Positions 34,701 through 41,116 of a stretch of DNA of 41,116 nt are shown here, piece after piece (the first letter of the stretch is position 1; each line of letters opens with the position of its first letter). The notes under the pieces are model-generated. The model saw nothing but the letters and a program-made list of their open reading frames with translations, was not told the DNA's origin and ran no database searches. The translations under genes and the position numbers were made by a program. Source of the DNA: Methylophaga sp. (GTDB lineage: Bacteria; Pseudomonadota; Gammaproteobacteria; Nitrosococcales; Methylophagaceae); the NCBI GenBank assembly GCA_007117275.1, contig SKGV01000074.1, positions 1 to 41,116 on the forward strand. The letters are read 5' to 3'.

Positions 34701-36376
34701 TTTTTATACACCTTGATCGCCTTGCTTGTTTTGTCTGAGCCAATATCAGCTGCCGTGAAGTTATCAATATAAAACTGTCTTTTCTTTGCTTCTTGAGAAA
34801 AAACAAATTGATTGACGTCATAGATCGAAACACCAGACTCTACGAGCGTTCGTGTAAACCAATCGGCCAACTTAGCCACTGTTTTACCGATCAAATCACT
34901 TCCAAAATAAATATTGTTATTTGCCAGCTCTGTTTGTGTGCGAAGATTCTGCTTCTGCTGCTGCCTTTCTTTGATGACGAAGCTGCGCAAATGCTGATCG
35001 ATCATTCTTATGTCGAACTGGTATGATCCTGATGCAAAGTCAGAGGATCGATCAAGCCACCGGTTTTCCCAGCCGCATGAAGGGCAGTGCTCCAGCTTGA
35101 ATAAAAAGAACGCCCCGCACTCATCGCATGGCACCTTCCTCTTTGTTTTAGGGCCACAAGGAGGATTTAATAAATCCCACTCAACGGGCTCATCAGGATC
35201 ACCATGCAAAGCAACCATGCCAGTCAGATCAATAATAACTGCCTGCTCCTTTCCGACCTCAGGCCTTAAAACACGACCGCACCACTGACGGTAACGCGGG
35301 AAAGATGCTGTTCGTGTTGCGATGATAAGAACCTCAACAGCTGGAAGATCAAACCCTTCTCCAACCATGTCGACATTTGTCAAAACCTTGATATAGCCAT
35401 TGCGAAAATCATCAAGGATGCGCGCAATCTCAACTGATGACTGGGTGCTATTGATGCATGCAGCAGGAATTCCAGCGCCACGGAACTCTTGAGAAAACAG
35501 TTCAGCATTTTTAATTGCTGGAGCCATTAAAATGGCAGGTCTGCCGGGGCAAATCCGCTTGTACTCTTCAACAGGATCACCCATCAGCTCCAGGATGCCG
35601 CTATCCCAGTCAAGCCCTGGCCGCTGATTGTTGAACAAGCTTCTTCTGCCGTCATTAAAATAAGAGGACCCCATAGCAGCGTCCAGCATTTCATCAATAA
35701 GCCACTGCTCCTGCTCTTCAATACTCAGTTTCTCAACAATATTGTAAGTTGTTCTCGCTGCATAACTTGTAAACGGGCTAAGCCATCCCAGCTCAATGAG
35801 CTTTTTAGTGCTGTCATTCTCCAGCGTAGAAGCCTGAACCAGTTTATGAAAAAGTCCCCCTTTATCCACGTGCAGGCTCTCACCATCCATGCGGGCTGGC
35901 GTTGCGGTAAAGCCAACAATCCGGGCATTCGGGAACAGATCGGCTAACTGCCCCCACATGTTGCCAGGGATAACATGATGGGCCTCATCAATAATAATCA
36001 GCCACGGCGTCTCACGATCCAGATTCAGCCTGTGATGACGAACAGCAGAAATAATGCTCTGCATGCTCGCGACAAGGCGCGTTTGATGCCCTCTTTTAAT
36101 GTGGTTTTTACCGTGCTTGCGATGAGAGGCCATGCAACGACGGCGGGTATGCTCTGTGCTGATGGTATCGTGATCCAAGCCAAAAGCGGCCAGCTTTTCA
36201 CTGATCTGCTGAATCAAAATATTGCGATGCGCAACCAAAATAGTAAATGGAGACCAGGCAGCCAGAGCGGCTTCAATTGGTGTCTTGCCAGCACCAGTAT
36301 CAAGCTGAACGATATCGTTTGTTGTGCTGGGTATCAGTTGATCAAAAATATCTTGCTGATAGCCCCGAAGCTTCAT
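34682..36376 (-). CDS. SF2 DEAH-box helicase with a C-terminal Zn-ribbon
   Basis: LRGYQ, TGAGKT, IIIDEAHH, GFTATP.R, EGFDLP, QWCGRVLR and CDEC...CPSC motifs. Confidence 0.92.
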   Translation of the reverse strand: MKLRGYQQDIFDQLIPSTTNDIVQLDTGAGKTPIEAALAAWSPFTILVAHRNILIQQISEKLAAFGLDHDTISTEHTRRRCMASHRKHGKNHIKRGHQTRLVASMQSIISAVRHHRLNLDRETPWLIIIDEAHHVIPGNMWGQLADLFPNARIVGFTATPARMDGESLHVDKGGLFHKLVQASTLENDSTKKLIELGWLSPFTSYAARTTYNIVEKLSIEEQEQWLIDEMLDAAMGSSYFNDGRRSLFNNQRPGLDWDSGILELMGDPVEEYKRICPGRPAILMAPAIKNAELFSQEFRGAGIPAACINSTQSSVEIARILDDFRNGYIKVLTNVDMVGEGFDLPAVEVLIIATRTASFPRYRQWCGRVLRPEVGKEQAVIIDLTGMVALHGDPDEPVEWDLLNPPCGPKTKRKVPCDECGAFFLFKLEHCPSCGWENRWLDRSSDFASGSYQFDIRMIDQHLRSFVIKERQQQKQNLRTQTELANNNIYFGSDLIGKTVAKLADWFTRTLVESGVSIYDVNQFVFSQEAKKRQFYIDNFTAADIGSDKTSKAIKVYKKWLKQR

Positions 36377-36738
36377 TTGATTTGCTCCTGCATGCAGGCA
36401 TCAAGCTGGCCGTGCGGATTGATATATAAGCGGCTCAGGGCTGCAAGGCGCTGCATGTGAAGATCATTTGATGATGATGCGACCAAATCCCCATCTTCCG
36501 TAAAAGTGTCATCCCAGCCCTTTCCTTTGAAAAGCAGCTTGCAAAGAGCATCGCAAATAACAACAGCCTCACCGCCGCAGTAACCAACCTCTTCACACTC
36601 TGCCCTTGGGCAGAAACCGCCGGCCGTATAGTGCGCGGCCTCAATCCGCGCATCATGCTCCGTTTCACCGTATCCCAGAAGCTGGACATGGGTTTTATTC
36701 TGACCGGAGTAAACAGTCTGACTGATGATGGCAATCAT
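36373..36738 (-). CDS. Hypothetical protein
   Basis: Translationally coupled on both sides. Confidence 0.65.
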   Translation of the reverse strand: MIAIISQTVYSGQNKTHVQLLGYGETEHDARIEAAHYTAGGFCPRAECEEVGYCGGEAVVICDALCKLLFKGKGWDDTFTEDGDLVASSSNDLHMQRLAALSRLYINPHGQLDACMQEQIK

Positions 36739-37220
36739 TATTCAAATCCCCATGCAGCAGTCAGACTGTTATATTTCTCAGCCACGGCGCGACACTCTTC
36801 TGTACCCTTTTCCAGCTGGGCAAACTTCTCGCGCAGTTCTTTTGCTGTTTGAAAAAATCCTCCGATTTCAGCGCCTTTCTTGCCCCGATTCTCTATCCAG
36901 AACTTTGCCGCTTTGCCTAAGCCTGAAGGCGCGCAAGCCAGGGTCGCCTGCTCTTCAGTCATCTCCTGAAGCTTTTCTGCGCGGATTTTCTCCGCCCACT
37001 CTTTCTGTTTTGCAGTGCCGATAAGGGCCTTGCCTCCAAAAAGCTTGGCAACATTTCGGCTGCTCAGTGCTTTCTTGCTTACAGATGAGCGACTAGAATA
37101 ACCTTTTCTCAGGTAATTTACGGAGGGATCGAAAGCAATGCCTGTCTCCATATCAACCCAGCCGTGAGTTGTTTTTTCAGGCATGTCAGCATCGTTGTAC
37201 CAAGCTTGGAAGTTATTCAC
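36738..37220 (-). CDS. Hypothetical phage protein
   Basis: L.GT.KQ..WA.KIR and AKFWIENR motifs; GGAG RBS; first gene after the promoter at 37277-37305. Confidence 0.7.
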   Translation of the reverse strand: MNNFQAWYNDADMPEKTTHGWVDMETGIAFDPSVNYLRKGYSSRSSVSKKALSSRNVAKLFGGKALIGTAKQKEWAEKIRAEKLQEMTEEQATLACAPSGLGKAAKFWIENRGKKGAEIGGFFQTAKELREKFAQLEKGTEECRAVAEKYNSLTAAWGFE

Positions 37221-37276
37221 CTTTTTCTCCTGCCCCTGTCTGCCGAGGCGCGCTGTTGAGTTACCCTATGCCTCCT

Positions 37277-37305
37277 ATATTAACCGCGTAATGCGCCTTA
37301 CGCAA
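37277..37305 (-). promoter_or_regulatory. Internal sigma70 promoter with an overlapping inverted repeat (operator-like)
   Basis: Minus strand TTGCGT-17 nt-TAATAT; inverted repeat GCGTAA-N6-TTACGC at 37286-37303. Confidence 0.65.
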
Positions 37306-37318
37306 GCCATTTTTTAAA

Positions 37319-37837
37319 TTATTTTTTATGAAGCTCTTTTTTTGTTTTTTTATCTCCATCAAAGCCCGCTCCATCGCCATGCTGTCCTCTAATGTAATGC
37401 AGGCCCAGCATGGCCGCATCGCGTGTATCCGCATTGCTACGGCCAGTCCATCCGGTTAGCTTGTTGAACAGAGAGGCATCTTCTTTGGCCTTCTTGAGCC
37501 ACCCTGTCAGCGGCCTCTGCATGACCACTGTAACACCCTCGTGCTCGGCTACTTCGCGTATGTGACGGGCCGCTTGCTTGACTTGGCCAACATTCTGGCT
37601 GATCTTTTGCATTGCAGCTTGGCTTGTTTTTTGGCGCTTAAAGGTCGGCCTAATGGATTCCACATCTTCCACGACCAGAATCAAGTCGCTTTTTTCTGAG
37701 AAGCTCCTCAGCACCTCCAGTAGTTCGACAAATGACCACATAGCCAGACTATCCAAAGAGCCATTTTTGTAGATGCCGATGCCAGACTTAACGGCATCAG
37801 GATCAACGCCTATTACCCACTTCGGTCCACTGCTCAT
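37319..37837 (-). CDS. RuvC/RNase H-fold Holliday junction resolvase-like protein
   Basis: VIGVDPD...SGIG, LVVED and RDAA acidic motifs. Confidence 0.65.
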   Translation of the reverse strand: MSSGPKWVIGVDPDAVKSGIGIYKNGSLDSLAMWSFVELLEVLRSFSEKSDLILVVEDVESIRPTFKRQKTSQAAMQKISQNVGQVKQAARHIREVAEHEGVTVVMQRPLTGWLKKAKEDASLFNKLTGWTGRSNADTRDAAMLGLHYIRGQHGDGAGFDGDKKTKKELHKK

Positions 37838-38127
37838 CAAAAACACTCCTCGATCTCTCGTTCTTCAATCATTCGCTTAACCTTCTCCAGCAGCTCCTTC
37901 TCAGTGCCGTGAATCTGCTCCCATGTCTTCCGGCCTGCGTGTACTGCCACGCCGTGGCCACCCGTGCGGTGGTGGATTTCGCACAAAGGCAGCACCGAAA
38001 AATTATCCGCTCGCTTACCCATCGTGCCATTGCCGATATGATGAATCTCAGCTGGACGCTTGCAGATTAAGCAACCCAGCTCAGCTACTCGATTCAGCCA
38101 CTGCTTCTCGGCTTTGGTTTTACTCAA
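37837..38127 (-). CDS. Ref/DUF968-like HNH-type Zn nuclease
   Basis: CLIC..PAEIHH, LPLC..HH and HAG...WE..HG.E motifs; TTG start with AGGAGG RBS. Confidence 0.75.
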   Translation of the reverse strand: MSKTKAEKQWLNRVAELGCLICKRPAEIHHIGNGTMGKRADNFSVLPLCEIHHRTGGHGVAVHAGRKTWEQIHGTEKELLEKVKRMIEEREIEECF

Positions 38128-38296
38128 GGCCTTCCTCCTGCTTAATTTCTTTGAGCAGCTCTTTTCTTCCGTCTCTCCATCCGCGCTTATACTCATCAAG
38201 ATGCGGGTGCCTTACCCATCGGTATCCTGCTCCAGCCTTTCCGTCCAAGAAGCCCTGATCAAATAGGCTGCGTTTTCTTTGTGATGTCTTACTCAT
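38120..38296 (-). CDS. Small hypothetical protein (58 aa; not in the ORF track), weak Rmf-like pattern
   Basis: MSKTSQRKRSLFDQGFLDGKAGAGYRWVRHPHLDEYKRGWRDGRKELL...; ATGA-coupled and fills the gap exactly. Confidence 0.6.
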   Translation of the reverse strand: MSKTSQRKRSLFDQGFLDGKAGAGYRWVRHPHLDEYKRGWRDGRKELLKEIKQEEGLE

Positions 38297-38769
38297 GCTG
38301 CCTCTCCATACCGCTGCTCAATCCCGAAAGCCTCGGGATCAGTGAGCTGAAACCCTAGGCCGGTGAAGTGATTCCAGATCTTGTCCAGCATTAGCTTCTC
38401 CTGCTTCACGGTCATAATTCGGGTCACTGGGTAGTCGTGTGGCTCCACCATCAGCGCCAGCTTTTCCGTGTAATCGAAGCGTGGGCGTATCAGCCGGTCA
38501 TACTGCTCCCGAAACTCAGGCGACTCAGCCCGTAAAATCGGGATGCCAAAATGCAGCTTGCAGTAAGCGCGGTACTCCTGCGCGGTTTGATCGCCTTGCG
38601 CCTCAAGGTCGTTCATCCACTGCCAGAACAGGCGGTTTTGCTTGTTGCTGCGCGGTTCAGAGCCCGACTTGATCGTCACTGTCATTGGGTACTTGGTCAG
38701 CTGCTGCAAGAACTGGCAGAGCTTGAGCATTTCAGCAGCGGTTTTGACTGTGCGCGTAATCGTCTTCAT
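38293..38769 (-). CDS. NinB-like recombination protein
   Basis: RS.KQN.L.W.W motif, CKLHFG.PIL and G..L.DP; nin-region position. Confidence 0.7.
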   Translation of the reverse strand: MKTITRTVKTAAEMLKLCQFLQQLTKYPMTVTIKSGSEPRSNKQNRLFWQWMNDLEAQGDQTAQEYRAYCKLHFGIPILRAESPEFREQYDRLIRPRFDYTEKLALMVEPHDYPVTRIMTVKQEKLMLDKIWNHFTGLGFQLTDPEAFGIEQRYGEAA

Positions 38770-38969
38770 CCAGCATCCCTCGCAAGCCAGCGCCCCACTT
38801 TGTCGCTCACCGCTCTGAGCCGGTCGCCCTCAGTGCAACCGGACGGCTGCGCTTTGAGCTTCGTGTGAGCGGACTGGCAAAGAGGACACTGAAAATAATG
38901 TCCGCGCCAGTTTTCGATAGCTGCCATCGCTTTCGGGTCGCTGCGCATCAGCTTGATAGCACTTGTCAT
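38766..38969 (-). CDS. Small hypothetical protein (H..C..C...C)
   Basis: ATGA-coupled on both sides. Confidence 0.6.
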   Translation of the reverse strand: MTSAIKLMRSDPKAMAAIENWRGHYFQCPLCQSAHTKLKAQPSGCTEGDRLRAVSDKVGRWLARDAG

Positions 38970-39757
38970 ACTGCCACACTCCTCACGCTTGCGCGGTAGC
39001 TATCCCAATCAAAGGTGATAAACGCGCCGCCACCTTCCTGCATGCGGTCGTCAATGCGCTCACCGACATAGGTTTTGAATTTCTCGCGGTCGAGGTTGCT
39101 GATAATCAGCGTTGGCAGACAAGCCTTGTAACGCTCGTTGATGACTTTGAAGAGCGTCAGCCGCTCCCACTCACTACCCAGCTGCGCGCCAACTTCGTCC
39201 AGGATGAGCAGGTCCACGCTGGCGAAGCCTTGGATCGCCTCGCGCTCTGAGCACTCTTTACGGTCGAAAGCGCGTTCTTTCACGCCGTCAATCAGGTCGT
39301 AAACATCCATGAAAAGCACGCTGCGGCCCTGCTCGACCAGCGCATTGCCGATGCCGCAAGCCAAGTGCGTTTTGCCGTTGCCAGGCTTACCCAGCAACAC
39401 CAAGCCGCCGCCTTGAGTGAGCCTCTCATCAAACTGGAGCAGGTACTTTGTGCAGATTGCCAATGCACGCTGCTGGCCTTTACCTTCAGCCACATAAGTC
39501 TCGAGACGGCGACTCTGGAATCTGCGAGGGATGCTTGCTGCAAGGCGCAGTTTTTCGATCAGCGCCTTCGGCTTTGTGCTTTGCAGCTGGCTTGCTGCAG
39601 CAGCTTGAGTGCTCAGGCTCTCAGAGCGCAGCTGCTCTTGCATGCAGACGGGGCAGCCGGACCACTTGCCGCGCGTGAAGATCGATGTGTAATCGCCATG
39701 CTCTCGGCAAACTTGGGTCATGGACTGTACAGACATCAGGTTTTCTAGTGTTTTCAT
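38966..39757 (-). CDS. DnaC/IstB-like AAA+ helicase loader
   Basis: N-terminal C..HG...CP.C, IP.RF, GKPGNGKTHLA, LLILDEVG, SNL and R..DR...F.W.SYR motifs. Confidence 0.92.
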   Translation of the reverse strand: MKTLENLMSVQSMTQVCREHGDYTSIFTRGKWSGCPVCMQEQLRSESLSTQAAAASQLQSTKPKALIEKLRLAASIPRRFQSRRLETYVAEGKGQQRALAICTKYLLQFDERLTQGGGLVLLGKPGNGKTHLACGIGNALVEQGRSVLFMDVYDLIDGVKERAFDRKECSEREAIQGFASVDLLILDEVGAQLGSEWERLTLFKVINERYKACLPTLIISNLDREKFKTYVGERIDDRMQEGGGAFITFDWDSYRASVRSVAV

Positions 39758-39759
39758 GC

Positions 39760-40710
39760 TCAGTCCCTCGCCCAATCTGGAATTTCTGTTTCGCCGTAGT
39801 TCATCTGGTCGAAGCCAGAATCGACATAGCCAATACGACCATCAGCGCGTTTCGGTGCTCTTGGCGCTGCAATCGCCCAGTCGTTTTCAAACTCGCGGCT
39901 GGTGCCAAAAAACCGCTTGGCTTGCATCACGAAACCGGTACCGAGGTCGCCCTTAGCTGTGACGAATACAGCGTACCGCTGAACACCAGCGAGCATGTCT
40001 TCAGGGCTGACACCTTCGGCCAGACGTGCGCGCCAGCACTCGAGTGCCTTGTTTTTTGGATTGGAGCCTTCGCGCTTTGGATACGCAGACCAAGCTTGCT
40101 CGAAAGCTGGATCAGCAGGCTTGGTGTTCGGGGCTGGTTTTTTGGGTGCGGGTTTTTGTTCAGCTGGCTGCTGATCGACAGTCACTGGCTCGGGTACGTG
40201 TGCCACTAATGCGTAAGCATTAGGGGTTTTATCTTTTATATTTTGTAGAGTTTCTTTTGTGTGGGACTGTTTTGGTACTGCCTGAGAATCCAAAACGGTA
40301 CTGTTTTTCGGGACTGTTTTGGATTTAACAGGACTGTTTTGGTGCTGATCTGTTTTCCAGTTTTCCAGATCCATGTTGATACCGATCTCGCGCCCTGATT
40401 TAAACAAAACATTCATAGATACCAGCTCTCTAACAATTGCTCTAGCCCTTGTCTCTGGGAGGCGTGTTTTTTCTTCTAACTGGCTGCCGGAAACCCAATC
40501 TGAATCCTTGCCGTATCCAAGTGTTTTTCTTGCAACAGCCAAGAGAATCTTCTGCTGACGCTTGGTAAAGTCGTGATACATGATTGCTTCCAGCAAGGCG
40601 TTAGGAATGCGCGTGTAGCCATCCTCCATTGTTGCCACCTGCTTAGGTTTGCAAGCCTCTTGCTGAGGCTCGCTGATGGGTTTTACGGGGAATTGAAGTA
40701 CAGTGCTCAC
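39760..40710 (-). CDS. Replication initiator, lambda O-like N-terminal domain
   Basis: DGYTRIPNALLEA...R.T.GY.K..D motif; internal iterons; C-terminal FEQAWSAYPKR domain. Confidence 0.88.
   Translation of the reverse strand: MSTVLQFPVKPISEPQQEACKPKQVATMEDGYTRIPNALLEAIMYHDFTKRQQKILLAVARKTLGYGKDSDWVSGSQLEEKTRLPETRARAIVRELVSMNVLFKSGREIGINMDLENWKTDQHQNSPVKSKTVPKNSTVLDSQAVPKQSHTKETLQNIKDKTPNAYALVAHVPEPVTVDQQPAEQKPAPKKPAPNTKPADPAFEQAWSAYPKREGSNPKNKALECWRARLAEGVSPEDMLAGVQRYAVFVTAKGDLGTGFVMQAKRFFGTSREFENDWAIAAPRAPKRADGRIGYVDSGFDQMNYGETEIPDWARD
40225..40342. other. Probable replication origin: iterons plus AT-rich tract inside the initiator gene
   Basis: GGACTGTTTTGG at 40264, 40311 and 40331, a variant GGTACTGTTTTT at 40297, and an adjacent AT-rich run at about 40225-40260. 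Confidence 0.75.
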
Positions 40711-41116
40711 GCGGCCACCTCCAGCCCTGCCAGCTTTGCCATGTACTCCACGCCTTTTGGTGTGTAGCGAGCTTGCGTGAAGGCATGGCCGTTATCTGCG
40801 CTGCCAGTCTTAACCGCAAAGCGGCCGGCGTCGATTTGATGCTGGTAGGGAGTCCAGCGGCCATTAATCTGATACATAATCTTGTGTTCAACTTCGAGCT
40901 GACGCAGCTCATGCTGCTTCAGGCCGAGCACCTTGGCGACTTCACGGAAAGTCATTGTTCCAGCGGCTTCAACGTAGCGACCAACAAACTCGACTGCTGG
41001 CTTTGCAGCTTCCAGTTGCTCTAGTGCCGCCTGTTTTTCTTCTTCAAGGTCTGCGGCATAACGCAGCAGCTCAGCCTTGGTTTGAGGGATCGCGCTCAAC
41101 TGGCTTTTTAGCTCCA
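40707..41116 (-). CDS. Phage antirepressor, C-terminal KilAC/ANT domain
   Basis: AKPAVEFVGRYVEA..MTFREVAKVL..PYQHQIDAGRFAVK..TPKGVEY is typical of the ANT/KilAC domain. Confidence 0.85.
   Translation of the reverse strand, partial: ELKSQLSAIPQTKAELLRYAADLEEEKQAALEQLEAAKPAVEFVGRYVEAAGTMTFREVAKVLGLKQHELRQLEVEHKIMYQINGRWTPYQHQIDAGRFAVKTGSADNGHAFTQARYTPKGVEYMAKLAGLEVAA
41006..41116. repeat. Terminal direct repeat, right copy
   Basis: Identical to 1-111. Confidence 0.95.

Noticed and set aside
12038-41024. Numerous + strand ORFs across the leftward arm, and - strand ORFs within 3011-11305
   Set aside because: They are antisense shadows of well-supported genes, with no RBS or recognisable motifs.

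Overview
This window is an apparently complete, circularly assembled tailed-phage genome. Bases 1-111 repeat exactly at 41006-41116, giving a unit length of about 41,005 bp, and an antirepressor ORF reads across the junction. Two divergent sigma70-type promoters at about 766-866 drive the two arms. The rightward early arm has a ~560-bp hairpin-dense non-coding leader, tRNA-Arg(UCU), Bet/RecT plus YqaJ exonuclease, a beta-clamp-like protein, RdgC, SSB and small accessory ORFs. The leftward arm has cro-like, antirepressor, lambda-O-like initiator with iterons, DnaC-like loader, nin-like genes, an inserted helicase plus methyltransferase operon, terminase, a myovirus head/contractile-tail module and lysis genes. 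I found no integrase, CI repressor, partition system or Q-like gene. The most striking element is at the distal end of the early arm (10623-11707): a phage-borne integron-like cassette array. It has three near-identical, very short (48-52 bp) attC-type hairpins and a fourth variant terminal site, separating single promoterless ORFs. The ORFs are inverted relative to normal integron cassettes, and there is no integron integrase anywhere in the genome. All product calls are from motif recognition by eye; no database searches were run.
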